Origin: the human T2T-CHM13v2.0 reference genome, Homo sapiens
Assembly: GCF_009914755.1 (NCBI RefSeq)
Contig: NC_060934.1
DNA length: 64,000 nt
Direction: 5' to 3' (one strand)
The notes under the pieces: model-generated
Told to the model about the DNA's origin: nothing
The model's input: only the letters and a program-made list of their open reading frames with translations
Databases searched by the model: none
In this document: positions 1 through 12,737 of the stretch, in pieces
Layout of the letters: every line of letters starts with the position of its first letter
Position numbering within the stretch: position 1 is the stretch's first letter
Translations under genes and position numbers: made by a program

Positions 1-1658
1 GTTAAAGTCTTTTCATCTCAAATAGCATGGCTACGCATTAAAATGAATGAAGGGAAACTGACTCGACAACGTGTGTGTGTGTTTTTTTTTTGTCACCAAT
101 CAGATCACGCTTTTCTTATTAATAGAAAAAAATGCTTATATTGAAAACAATGAAGAAAACACAAAAGAACAAAGTTGTATGTGACTGACAGTGGGTTTCC
201 TTGGGAGCTGGCTGGGGTAACTGAGGACTCCTTGCACAAATATGCCAAGCATGAGAGACCTGAGCTAGTAGACCCTAAAAGTTGGCATCAATTATTATTA
301 TCATATTATTACTTTTTCCCCGTCATATTCCCACTGCAATGCTTTTGCCAGTTTCCCTTTGAATAAGGCAGAAGCCCCACAATAATCTATTACGAGGTTT
401 TTCTTCACTAGAGATTTATTTTGGTTTTGTTGTTGTTATACTTAACATAACAGATGTTCTGGCATTTTTTCACGTGATACCACTGTGAGTCTCATGTTAT
501 CCTTAAAACCCTACAAAATTTTAGACAGTCCCTCTGAAATAACTTCCTCCTCTTTGGAATTTTATCTTCACGCAGGCCTTTTTCTCACTATTTGTAATGG
601 TATATTAAAACGATAACTACACAGAAAAAAGAACGGTTTATTCATATGTTTTATAACTTTGAAATTAATTGCTGTTGAAAGATAATTACCCCAATGGTGG
701 AGTCAGAGAGTCTACAGATCTTCTAAAAGGGAATTAAAACATTCCCTTTGATTTTTCTACTTCTGCCCCCAGTTTATAAGCAGGACTATGTAGAGATAGT
801 CAACTCACTTAGGACTGTTCTAAAGACAAGTTGTAGGTCTGGTTTTAATCAGGTGTGTTTGAGCCACAAGCACCCAAAACATACCCTCTATGTTCTTCTG
901 GGAAAGAGGCACTGAGAAGCTCTTATTTAAGGAATCTTTAACTTATTAGACTAAAGATGCTACCATCTGGGTCATTTCCCTGGTTGATGTCCCTTTGTCC
1001 TAGATGCACTTTCAAGACTAAGATTCACACACAGTCAGCCTAGTGGTTGGTTGGTAGACCTGAAAAATTTCAAAGCAGCCTAGGTGGTTATTAAGAGGCT
1101 GCAGGCCATCTTCTTTGGGGGCTAATGGTGTATTCACCTGGCTCTTTGTCCTCAGTGAGCAAGGTCAGGGTTCCTTGCTGTGTTTGCTCTTCTGTCACCA
1201 AAGGGAACCAGTACAATTTAAAGCATTCTCTGATGTGCTAAAAGCTTCTAAAAAAGATGGTTAAGCAAACAAAGCATTCACTTGCCTTTCAAGCCAGCCT
1301 GGCCTGAAGAGCTGATTGACAAAATTGATGATCCTTAAGGAAACATTTCCTCCTCATCAGGTCATTTCTCAGCACAAAAGATCCAAGTGCTCCTCAAGGT
1401 CCACAGGTTAAATTCCAAACTCATTATTCAGCCATTCAATGAACTGGCATCAGCCACTCACTGAATTGGCATCAGCCTTAATCGTTTCCCACCTCTGCCC
1501 TCTGAGCTGTCCTTCAGTCACACTGTTCTACTCATGAGCACAGCTGGCTGAGCCCAGGATGTTCTTTTTCTGCCTCTTCTGTTATTCTAGCTATAGCCCA
1601 TCCTGGCTACTCTCTTGACCTCAGGCACTTCTTGCCAACATCCTTTTTATAGTGACTC

Positions 1659-2220
1659 TGTGTCAGTTAAGATTCTTTCAGTTGCAAATGACAAAAAGTG
1701 CGAACCAAACTGGGTTAAACAAAAAAAAAAAAAAAGAAAAAAAAAGGAAGGGAGGAAGGAAGGAAGGAAAGAAAGGAGGGACAGAGGGAGGGAGGGAGGA
1801 AAATTGTTGGTTCTTGTAACTGAACAGAGTTCAGGATGGTTGTTGGCTTGATCCAGGCTTCAAATGCTGTGCCTGAGACCCAGTTTTCCTTTCCATTTCT
1901 CAGTTCCATATCTTTGATGTTGAAATAATTCTGTGGTCCCTCCTAGGCATAAGGTGGCTGCCAGTAGCTCCCGAGATTCTATCCTTCCATCTTCCCATTC
2001 AATAGGAGACAGGGAGATTTTGGTGCCACATTCCCAGCCAAAATCTCATTGACCGTGGAGAGGACAATGTGACGAGCTGATTGGCTTGATTTGTGCCACA
2101 TGTTCCAATCACAAACAGAGAGTGGAGTCAAATCCTTCAGAAGCACAGGGACTAAGGGGTGGGGTGGGGGGGAGGTGTCACTTTACAGGAGAAGAAGAGA
2201 GAGAGAGTACTGTTAGAAGA
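1659..2220 (-). mobile_element. Old ERVL-MaLR solo LTR (MLT1K/L-like) with an internal A/GGAA microsatellite at 1721-1800
   Basis: The sequence 'tgtgtcagttaagattctttcagttgcaaatgacaaaaag...aaactgggttaaac...ttggttcttgtaactgaa' resembles the MLT1K-type LTR end. The right boundary is approximate. Confidence 0.55.
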
Positions 2221-2789
2221 GATGTGAATGTCCCCTAGTGCCTTGTCCCCTACCCAGTTGTAGGCTAACTTGAGGACAGAAATCTCAGCTGCTATTTTAG
2301 GCTGAGCACTATACCCTACACCCAACAGGTACTATATGAGGGCATCAAAAGATTGAGAATTATTCACATAAACTTTCTGACTAATATCGCCAAAGCCAAA
2401 AGAAAATCAAGATGTTTTAAACAGTGGCTAATCAAAACCTTGCCTTGATGATTCTTTTATTTTGACTGGCAAACACCATCCAGCCCCCAGTGGTTGTTCC
2501 TGTAGACATGGGCTCTGTGTAAGCACATGTTTCAACAGGTGCCTGAGGCTGCCGCAGCAGATGGCCAGGCAGGATGCTGATGGTTCCCCCAGATGAAGTT
2601 TCCTTACACTGTGAAGAAGCCAGACCCTGTTACTCTGCCTACTGTCCTCACCTCTAAGCCGTGTCCTTGAGAACAGCCTTTTTTTTTTGGCTTCTTACTG
2701 ATTTTTGGCTGCCTGGGATGCTGGCTTATTCAGCATCTCTGATCCTGGTAAAAGGATGCATTTTTCTCCCCGTGATGAAAGTCAATTAG

Positions 2790-3088
2790 GGCCGGGTGCA
2801 GTGGCTCATGCCTGTAATCCCAACACTTTGGGAGGCCGAGGTGGGCAGATCACCTGAGGTCAGGAGTTCAAGATCAGCCTGGTCAACATGGCGAAACCCT
2901 GTCTCTACTAAAAATACAAAAATTAGCCAGGTGCAGTGGCACGTGTGTGTAGTCCCAGCTACTTGGGAGGCTGAGACAGGAGAAGTGCTTCAACCTGAGA
3001 GACAGAGGTTGCAGTGAGCTGAGATCATGCCACTGAGCTTCAATCCAGGCAACAGAGTGAGACTCTGTCTCAAAACAACGACAACAAC
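2790..3088 (+). mobile_element. AluS (Sx/Sz-like) SINE
   Basis: Starts GGCCGGGTGCAGTGGCTCA, is dimeric and has an A/AAC tail. TSD is aaagtcaattag (2778-2789) / aaagtcgattag (3089-3100). Confidence 0.95.
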
Positions 3089-3483
3089 AAAGTCGATTAG
3101 AAGAGGAAGAAAAGTTCTGTACCTGGGATTCTAGAGGATAGAACAATAACCTTTATTTACTTATTTAATAAAATATATCTGCATTATGAACTGAGCTAAG
3201 CTCTAGGAAAATAGAAGGAAGCAAGAAGAGAAATGGTCCCTGCCCCCACTGACTTTACAGATGGGTTGCAGGAACATACACTAAGTCATTACCTGTGACC
3301 AGAGCACACTGTCTTCCCCTTTTGTGCTCTTAGTATGTTTGCAGCGATAAACTAGCACAGCAATTTGATGAACTGTTTCCTCTTCTGGTTAGGGTCCACA
3401 AGTCTCTGACTCTTTGTGCCTTGGATCTATACCCTGAGCAAAGTGCTCACCACTCCTATAGTGCTTAAGGAATATTTGAAATA

Positions 3484-3940
3484 CTGTTGACCCTTGAACA
3501 ACACAGGGTTAGGGGCACTGTCCTCTCCTCCCACCAGGTGCAGTCAGAAATTTGCATGTAACTTTTGACTCCCCCAAAACTTCTCTACTAATAGCCCACT
3601 GTTGCCCAAAAGCCTTAACAATAACATAGACAGTTGATTAACACATATTTTGTATGTTACATGTTTTATATACTGTATTCTTACAATAAAGTGAGCTAGA
3701 GAAAAGAAAATGTTATGTTATTATGAAAATTATTAAGGAAGAGAAAATATATTTACTATTCATTAAGTGGAAGCAGATTATCATAAAAGTCCTCATCTTC
3801 ATTGTCTTCTCATTGAGTAGGCTGAGGAGGAGGAAGAAGAGGAGGGGTTGGTCTTGCTGTCTCTGGAGTGGCAGAGGTAGAAGAAAATCCACTTATGTGG
3901 ACTTGTGCAGTTCAAATCTATGTTTTTCAAAGGTCAGCTG
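3484..3940. mobile_element. Tigger2a/MER28-like non-autonomous DNA transposon
   Basis: Terminal inverted repeats ctgttgacccttgaac...ttcaaaggtcagctg, flanked by TA on both sides. The interior matches Tigger2-type sequence. Confidence 0.85.
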
Positions 3941-4250
3941 TATTTTCTGATTAAATGGAAAAAAAAAATGAATGAATGAATGTCTTATTCTAGCCAAGTC
4001 ATAAACCTATCTTATTTACCTCCAACATTGTACCTGAGCTAAAATACAATAGAATAATTTTTTAAATTATTTATATGTTTTCATAATTAAAGATGATAAA
4101 ACCTTACCTAATCTTCTCTAAACACTGATTCTTATATTCAAAAACGATCAGTCCTAAGCAAGTATATTTTTAGAATCTGTAGGAAAAGCCCTATCATTCT
4201 TCACCTCTAACATTTCAATCTGTTTTAGTGGGAAGCAGGCAGAACAGATT

Positions 4251-4355
4251 TCATTCATTCATTCCACAAATACTGATTGAGCGCCTACTAAATGCCAGGC
4301 ACTGCTGTAGGACTAGAGACCATGGAGTAAACAAGACTCAGGCCCTGCCCTCGTG
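4251..4355 (-). mobile_element. L2 3' end fragment
   Basis: 'ttcattcattcattccacaaatactgattgagcgcctactaaatgccaggcactg' is the reverse complement of the L2 tail. Confidence 0.75.
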
Positions 4356-4404
4356 AATTTCTGTGCATGCTGGTGTGTGGGAAGTATGTATGTACATGGA
4401 AGAG

Positions 4405-5225
4405 GGTATTCATTTCTTAGGGCCGCCCTAACAAATTACCAAAACTTGGTGACTTTATTCTCTTGCAGGTGAGGAGCCTGGAGGTCTGAAATCAAGGCGT
4501 CCACAGGGTTGTTCCCCCTGGAACCTCTGTGGGGGACTCTTGCACACGTCTAGTCTACTTTCTGGCTGTTGCTGGCAACCCTGGGTGCTCCTTGGCTTGT
4601 AGACACAGCACTCCAATCTCTTTTTCCGTCTCCATGCGGCCTTCCCGTCTGTGTCTCTGTCTCAGTTTTTCATCTCCTTTCTCTCAATGGCACCCATCAA
4701 GGATGCAGGGACCACCCAAATCCAGGATGATCTCCTCTTGAGATCCTTCATTTAATTACATCAGCAAAAAACTATTTTCAAATAAGGTCACATTCACAGG
4801 GATAGGGGTTAGGACTGAACATGTCTTTTGGGGTGTATTAGTCCATCTTCATGCTGTGGATAAAGACATAACCTGAGACTGGGTAATTTATAAAGAAAAA
4901 GAGGTTTAATGGAGTCACAGTTCCATGTGGCTGGGGAGGCCTCACAAGCATGGTGGAAGGCGAAAGTCATGTCTTACAAGGCGGCAGAGAAGAGAGAAAA
5001 TGAGAACCAAGCGAAAGAGATTTCCCCTTATAAAACCATCAGCTCTTATGAGAAATATTCACTACCATGAGAACAATATGGGGGAGACTGCCCCAATGAT
5101 TCAATTATCTCCCACCAGGTCCCTCCCACAACAAGTGGGAATTATGGGAGCTACAATTTCAGATGAGATTTGGGTGGGGACACAGCCAGACCATATCATG
5201 GAGGGATGCAATTCACCCAGCCACA
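4405..5225 (-). mobile_element. MLT1C-like MaLR solo LTR interrupted by a THE1 LTR
   Basis: MLT1 motifs (aacaaattacc, gaaatcaaggcgt, aataaggtcacattc) are present, and the element resumes after the THE1 with 'gggatgcaattcacccagccaca'. Confidence 0.85.
4834..5198 (-). mobile_element. THE1B/C solo LTR
   Basis: Runs tgtattagtcc...gagatttgggtggggacacagccagaccatatca, with 5-bp TSD tgggg/tggag. Confidence 0.93.
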
Positions 5226-6429
5226 GGAAGTCTTGCTGAATTTCACCACCAGTCCTCATAATGTTGATCTCGTTTAGTGGCCATTGGTCCATTTTCTGAC
5301 ATCATACCCTCCTGGACTTCCTCCTGTGACCTGCTACTCAGACCTTCCCAACCTTGCATGCCCAAGCTACCCTGGTTCTGGGTCCTGGCACCCTAGCCAG
5401 CCAGATTCAGACAGAGGGAATGCATACAGATAACAAAACCAGTGATCACTGAGTAAATGTCTCCTAAAATCTTGTGAAATGAAAGAGTGAAATAAAATTT
5501 CCATCGACAGAAATCACCTTGAGACCTTAACAAATTTTGTTCAATGCCCCTGGCTTCAAAGGAGAGACATGACCAAAGGAATTTTGGCAGAGAATGACTA
5601 GATTCTAATGGATTATTTGACATTGCACTACATTTATAAATTAAAAGACAGCAGACAACATCTAGAAAAATTATCTACAGTTGAGATGTAGGAAGAGGCT
5701 GTGATCAAATTTCTGAGGCTGACCAGGACCCGACACTGAGATGTCAGATAAATTAGGCACCCACATCAGCTGTGGACCTCTCACCTAATTTAGAGAAGTG
5801 ATATTCACAAACATTGTCAATATTTCCGAGTTTACAATCACACCTCTGACTGTTGACTTAAAGCATCTAGTTTGGTTCAGGCTACTGGTGATGTTTACAC
5901 TTTGGAATCTATTATGCATAGAAAAATGAGGGATTATCTTTGACCTGGGTACCACATATTCTTATGCAAAACTAAGTAAGGTTATTTATTCATTTAATCA
6001 ATTCCATATGTTTGCTATCATCATCACCATGTAGAGCAGATCTGATTTCTGCTGAGGTCAAACCAACATCGTCCTGTGCCTGGGGATTGTAGGTCTGATT
6101 GGGAACACAGATTGTCTGGTTGGCATTCAGACAGCGTGAAGCCTTTCTGACTTTTGCCACACAATGGAATCTTTTTTTTTTTTTTTTTTTTTTTTCTGTC
6201 CTGAGAGGTCATGTGCCATTCAAAAAGAGAATCAGAAGAGTTTTCTTCTTTGTTAAAGAGGAGTGCTGGACCTAATGTGTGGGAAACATTTGACTTTGCA
6301 TTTTCTTTTTAGCTCAATCTGGGGTATATGGAGGAAGAGAACACAGACATTGGTGATGAAAAACCCGTGAGTATTGCCACAGGTAAAATTGTTACCTAAG
6401 ACATGGCATTCAATTCTACAAAATCACAC

Positions 6430-7375
6430 AAAACACAGTGCCGACTGTGTTCTAGATACTGAACAAGGATCTAGTGATGAAAAAATGAATTATTTATCCA
6501 TCCAGCCCTCAAGGAGTTCTGAGACAGACACACACACACAGAGAATATCCACATATGTGCTAGATATAAGGGCTAAGGGGATTCAGATGAGTTGATTCTG
6601 TGGGGTTGAAACTGGGATGGAATAAAGGAGAAGAAAGGAGAAAAAGTTCAGAGAAGGAGTGTTTAATTTCTATCTCACATATTTAGTAAAAGTCAATAAC
6701 TTGGGCGAGGCAAGTGGAACTATTCCACGTGGACAAAATGACATAAGCAATGCAAAAAAGGCATGGCGGGTTTGGGTTCTCAGGCATCGTTGAGCTTTTC
6801 ATGTGGCTGGAGTGTAGGGTGCATGGTGCAAGGATTGGGGGTGGGACACCAGGGTAGTGATTTGATAAGGAACTACAGGGGTAATAAATGTGGATTTTGA
6901 AAGACCCTTTAAGAAAAACTATGGATTTAGAGCTCCTTCCTGCAGATGATAGAGAACCAGGAAAGACATTAGAACAGAAATGTAACATGATCAGAACAGC
7001 ATGTAAGAAAGGTGGCTTAAAAGAGGAAAGGATGGTGGAGTAGGAAGAGGCTGGGAGCAGATGGCCTAGTAGGAGGCTAAGACAATCATCCAGGCATTTG
7101 AGGACTAGGTACTAGGAGACTGGGGCAGAGATGGGGAGGTGATGATTTTGAATTTGTTCATGTTGAGTTTCATTTGAGGATCATTATGGGGAGTGGGGAG
7201 CCCATGCCCAGCAAGCAGTGGCACGCAGCTCTGGAACTCAGCGGGGACAGGCTCTGCCAGCTACATCAATGTCTCTTTGAATGTCATTCGATCCATACAA
7301 CAAATATTTGTCAAGCATCTAGTATGTGTCAGGCACTCTGCTAGGCACTGGGGATTCCAAGATGAGGAATGAATG
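6430..7375 (-). mobile_element. Degraded L2 fragments
   Basis: Purine-rich antisense L2 body, plus an L2 tail 'caacaaatatttgtcaagcatctagtatgtgtcaggcactctgctaggcactgggga' at 7298-7355. Confidence 0.55.
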
Positions 7376-8767
7376 GATTCCCAAGAGGCCAAATGAAACT
7401 CAAGAAAAAGAAAAGAGGAAGAACTGTTTTCTTCTCTAATGATTAAATAAAATATCTTGAGATACCATTTCCCAACTATTAAGGTAGCTTTTTACATTTT
7501 TCAAATGTCCTAGCCCCAAAGTCAACCAGCTCATACCTACGCTGTGTGCACCTTTTTTTCTAGCTGTATCCCATGCCTATATAGCCTCCACTCAACATTT
7601 GCCATATCCCTTCCTGCCTGGCACTGTGGCTGCATTCTTGCTGTGTTTGGGAAATTCTCAGCTCTGTGGGCCCTGCCTCCCTAAGCAGGAGCCAAACACT
7701 TCAGCCTCCACCCCATGCCACTCCCATCTCCACTGCAGACAGAGCTCAAGCCTGGCCCTGGCCTCCTTCAGCCCAGAAAACTGAGCAACTGAGGCAAGAT
7801 GCTCTGCATGTCCATGCTGCTAGTGAAAAGGTGGCAGGGGATCCAGGCCAAGTCCTGGAGCAAAGCTGGCACTAGAAGGGCAGCAGCAGAGCCATGGTGT
7901 GGTTCCCACCAGGCCAGCCCCTGATGTCTGTAGAGCAGCTGTGTGCTCAGCGGGGTTCGGGCAGTGCCATCGCATAATGCCAAACATGTTAAGGCCAGCT
8001 AAGTGTCCAGCATCCGGGGGGATGGCTCAGGCAATCAGCATGGCCCATCAAATAGGAGGGAGTCTCACAGAGCCATTTTGATGAGAATTTTGAAAACCCC
8101 GTGGAAGTGTGGGAAAAGTCCTTCAGTGGTATGTCAAATAAGTTCAATCTGTTAGAACAATATGAATACCATCCTGGAACATGCAAAATGTGTATCTGTG
8201 AAAGGTTTTACCAAAACAAGAAATTAGCCTCTTAAGATGGTAGCACTGTGGGGGCTGTACTTTTTAATTTCAGAAAAACACTTCTTTGATGATCACCCCT
8301 CCCTTGGCCTCCACACTTGCATTGGCAGGAAGCAAAAGGGAGCTGCCACTGGAGCCCAACTCTCCCTCATGCATCTGCCTAGTGGTCCCGTACCTGCCCT
8401 GGCTGACACCATCCCCCTCCCTCCCCTCTTCAGCCCCCGACGCTGCTCTATTTCACCCCCGGAACTCACAGTCAGCCATCCTCAGTGCCCCTTCTACATC
8501 CTCCACCTTCCCACTCTCACTGGACCAAGGACCTCCAAGGAGAGGCTGGTTCCATTTCCACAAAGTTCAGGCCCGTGGGCACAAAAACAGGTTGGGAGAT
8601 GAGATGGGGAGGGTGGGGTCAATCTCTTGTGCTTGCTTCTATTTTCTAAACAGGTAAAAGTGAAGACCGTGGAGGATGTATTGGAGATTTGAGAGTAGAA
8701 TGTAATGAGAGGTGTGGATCTTTTTGTCCAAAGCTCATACAGACATGTATACGTGCACAGGTGAGTA

Positions 8768-8768
8768 C

Positions 8769-8799
<31 letters not shown>
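8768..8799. repeat. (CA)n microsatellite
   Basis: Read directly from the sequence. Confidence 0.95.
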
Positions 8800-8959
8800 G
8801 AGGACTGTACAATTTCAGGGAATCCTTAGAAAGCCCTGCTATTCGGAGTCTCTGAGAACTAAGATTAAGAATCCCTGTCCTAGAGGAGAAAATATCAATG
8901 AAAACAGTACACATAGGAAAAATCAGAGCAAAAAGAAACTTCATGGAAGAGAAAACAAG

Positions 8960-9845
8960 TATAAACAGAATGATGGAGGTGTATTGTGCAGCTCCAATCA
9001 GTAAAAGTGAAAGTGTTTAACACCTTTGTGAAAGATAAAGCCTCTGATTGGGTTAAAAAACGAAACCCAACTCTCGCCTTTTACAAGACATACAGCACCA
9101 CGCCCCCAAAAAACTACAGCATATGTAAAAAGAAAAGTAGAAACAAAAATGTGAAGAGTAAATATCAAATCAAATAAAGCAAGGATAAAATATTAGTCTC
9201 AAAGGACAATTTAAATCCAAAAAATTAAATGAGGAAATGGAGGTCATTCTATGTTGGCAAAAGTAACAATCCTTAATACAGCTTCTGTGTTCCATTTTCT
9301 TCTCCAAATAAGCTCCCTTTGCTAGACAGACAAGAAAAATAGTTTGTAAAGGCTTTGTAGTTTGTAAAACACCTTCAAGATTTTTTAGAGCTAAAATATA
9401 CAATAAAGGTACCACAGTCATGTACATTAAAAGATTAAACATTAAAATATAGAAAACAAAACCTATTAAAATACAATAAACAATTATCAACTAATTTTTG
9501 GATTGGGTGTTTTTAATATTGCCACTCTTGGTTGTTGCCTGATTAAGTACATTAAAAATCAATAAAGAAAAACTATTTCGATAATAAACTCAATAAAGTT
9601 GAATCTATGGCTATATATCTTGTATCTTTAACACAAAATTTGGCATTATACAATCTGAATAAAATATGTCTTTTATGGATAAAAAAGTGTTGGAAAAATA
9701 TAAGCAAAATGTTAACAGTTATTATCTCTGGCTAATGTGATTACTTGGGGGAAGCATTTTCTTTTTATTATTTTCTGTACTTGTCAAGTGTTTTTACAAT
9801 TTGTAGATCACCTTTATAATTAGAAATAAGAGCTAATTTTTTAAA
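8960..9845 (+). mobile_element. Ancient L1M fragments: ORF2 endonuclease start and an L1ME-type 3' end
   Basis: The 8986-9177 translation VKVFNTFVKDKASDWVKKRNPTLAF resembles the L1 ORF2p N-terminus (LNVNGLNSPIKRHRLASWIKSQDPSVCC). 9700-9840 resembles an L1ME 3' UTR. Confidence 0.6.
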
Positions 9846-11319
9846 AAAAGAATTCTAGAGGGCATTCCTTAATATTCCTCTTCTTGTTTCAAGAGACCTC
9901 AGTGTAAACATTTTCTTTCATGCCAGGAATCATGTGAAAGTTATATGGAAATTTTTGCCAACACACCTGCAGTGGAGGGCTTAAGTTGTTTTCCAGTTAA
10001 TTTTTCTCTTTGTGGCATGTCCAGTTGTATTTGGAAAATTCTTCATTTTCATCTGATGCGGAAATTATTCAAAGATGCCAATTTCATGGGACTGTTCTCT
10101 CTTTCTACATCCGGGGCAGGAGTTCTCAAAACTGTAAATAGCCATCCAAAAGAGGAACACCGTTTTTGAATCATCAGGCCGTTTGCAGGTGGATGGTGAG
10201 TTCCAAGCCTAGGGAACGTTCTCGTGGGTGAAGAACTTCTGCAGGATATCATATGGCATAGCCAATAGTGTAAGAAAATTCCAGAGACTGACAAAATGGT
10301 AAGTAGGGAACAGAGCTGAGAATTCTCCTCCTCGTACTTGGTTTCTTTGTGGCCAGTCTTTACCAGAAGAAAAGAACAGGTGCAGGGGGAGTGTCCCCTC
10401 AGGGTACGCTGGTTGTATTCAACATCTTTTCAACCAACACCAATGAAAGGAACTGGATGCAGGGTGGATTCAAAAGCAGAAAGCAAATAACACGATGGAA
10501 TATCTCTCAAAAGATTTAAGAACAAAGCTCCTCCCTTCCTCCCTCCCCATAAGCAGAAACCGTAAATTACAGGTGGACATTCCAAAAGCAGCAACTTCTT
10601 AATTCAAATTAATTTTTAATGAGTTGGCCACAGAGATTTGGGTATATTAGTTATTTAGTGACAACTGATTTCATCTAAAAGGTACAAAAAGAAGTTACAT
10701 ATTTCTTCATAATAAAGACTGCCTCTATTGCATTGCAGTTTCAAAGGCAACTTTATATTCAGATAGATTCTGGAGGGTGTGGGAGAAATTGATAAATGAA
10801 ACCTTCATGCGTAATTATATGGTAGCAGCGGTAATATGTGGTACATAGGTGGAGTGTATATTTTAACCAACTCTTTCAATATTCATGAGACTTTTCTCAG
10901 CATCATCATACATCCCAGATGCTGTATGATCAAGGATACTACCCAGGAGAGAAACATCTGGATGACTCCCTGCACTGAGTCAGGTAAATCATGAATCCAG
11001 TGGCTCCCAACCTTCTGGAACACAAGAACAATTTTTTTTCACTTCAAAACCCTTCTTCAATATAATAATAGTTGTAATTTCAATGCAAGTTTTTTGAAAA
11101 AATGCATTAAGACTAAAAGCTACTATGAATTCAATAATAATTTGAAATTCTGCACAAACACATCTATAGCTACTTCCAGAAGAACTGCATTTGTCCAACG
11201 TTTAGTAATTTGTGGGTCTGTAGACAGTATATTTAGCCAGTGTGGATTCATGGACTTCTTGTAGTATACCTGTGGCCCTGCCAAAGTCTATGGCCTCAGG
11301 GAGACTCTGAACTATATCG

Positions 11320-11704
11320 TTATGGTAGTTACTAGTGATTTCCCCAAAAGATCGGCTTCTCTTCCTCCCTGGTACAGGGTAGGATTGCACTTCCCTGATC
11401 CTTTGAGTTATGTAGAACCATGGGACTTACCTTGGCTGATAAAACGTGAGTGAAAGTGATGTGTGCAGCTTCCTGGCAGGAGGCTTTAAGAGTCTATAAA
11501 TGGTTTGGCCTTCTACTGGCAAAGTTCTAGCTGTCAGAGGTTCCACTGACCAGTCTCTGACTGAGAATGACATAAAGGAAAACCTCCAACCACCCTGGCC
11601 ATACTCAAATGATGATGGAGCATTAGTAGAAATAACCCTGTGTTGTGTTGGGATGTTAGGGCTGTTTATTACTGCAGCATAACCAGGCTGATCCTACTTG
11701 CACA
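11320..11704 (+). mobile_element. MLT1I/J-like MaLR solo LTR
   Basis: Contains 'gattgcacttccctgatcctttgagttatgtagaaccatgggact...gtgagtgaaagtgatgtgtgcagcttcc...tttattactgcagcataacc'. Confidence 0.7.
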
Positions 11705-12414
11705 GTCCTTCAGGGTGAAGTTATTTGTTCTTTATGGTTCTCCAATTTAGTGTCTCAATGACTTACTCCAAAGCAGTATATGTTACCCAATTAGTTTAAG
11801 ATCTTCCTTGTCACCATCTCTGGGCTCATAGAAGATTCCCAAATGTATTTCCAAGCATGGAATTGCCATTCCCTATGGCTCTGGATTTTTTTTAATCTTT
11901 AGAAATGTTTTCTACCTTAGCTAGAAAGCCTTTTGGCTGCTAATGTAGGTAATTTTTTCTAGTGGACAGAAAGGATACAGGAAAGAAATATTAACAACAA
12001 TAATAAAACATGCTGGACCAAATATGCAGGTGGATGAAATGAATGCCCAAACTACTCAAATGAGATTCAGGTAGGTCTGAAGAGGGTGGCTTGATCTGGA
12101 ATCAAAATTTTAACAAGAAGGGGACTGAGTAATATCAGCCCTTCAGATTAAATCAACAGCCCCTGGGTGTCCCATCTGAATTTCCCTCGCCTCTGCCTGT
12201 CACCTCTCACCCACACCTTCTATTTGGTTAAAATCTCCAGATCTATCCTGGCAAGTCTGGCCTTCTCTCTCCCTTCATGTAGTTATGACACTGGCATTTC
12301 TGAAGCCCATTTTAAAGACATTTGGCCTGCAAAAAAAAAAAAAAAAAAGATTTTACTGTTATTCACGATAGACTGAGAAGGGCATGTTTCTTCCCAGGGA
12401 GAAGCACAATAGAT

Positions 12415-12512
12415 GTTAACCCCAGGCTGCACATTAGAATCTCCTGGGAAACTTTGAAAAATACTAATGTTCAGGTACCACCCCAAATCAACCAGATCAG
12501 ACTCTCTGGAGA
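12415..12512. mobile_element. MER5-like hAT MITE fragment
   Basis: Contains 'ggctgcacattagaatctcctgggaaactttgaaaaatactaatg'. Confidence 0.6.
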
Positions 12513-12737
12513 TAAGAGTCTCTGAAAAAAATTAGCAAAATCATCTCTTTGTTTTGTCATCTGTTGTCTTAGAAAATAACTGAAGATAATTATGTTCCTA
12601 GAAACTTCCTGTATTTCTAAGTAAAGTTGAAGAAAGAATTATGTTGCAGTTTCTCTGTAATAAGTAATTCCAAATTCATTACCAAATGGCTGAACCAAAC
12701 CTCTAGCCTTTATATTGCTTTGGTTGTCCTTTGTTTT

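Noticed and set aside
1428-1477. 2.3 copies of a 22-bp unit; similar small duplications near 17093-17145 and 61148-61187
   Set aside because: These are ordinary diverged slippage duplications.
4927-4939. PRDM9 hotspot motif in a THE1 LTR
   Set aside because: The minus strand reads CCTCCCCAGCCAC, lacking the T at position 7 of CCNCCNTNNCCNC. The other THE1 copies match less well.
8056-8235. Stop-free frame with protein-like composition (HFDENFENPVEVWEKSFSG...)
   Set aside because: It has no recognisable homologue, no early start codon and no clear splice signals, and its length is within chance.
8986-9177. L1 endonuclease-like peptide as a possible functional ORF
   Set aside because: It is heavily degenerate and frameshifted before the catalytic QET motif, so it is a fossil only.
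10180-10305. Possible exon ending at the strong donor ATG/GTAAGT (about 10298)
   Set aside because: There is no convincing polypyrimidine acceptor or reading frame. A lncRNA exon cannot be excluded without transcript data.
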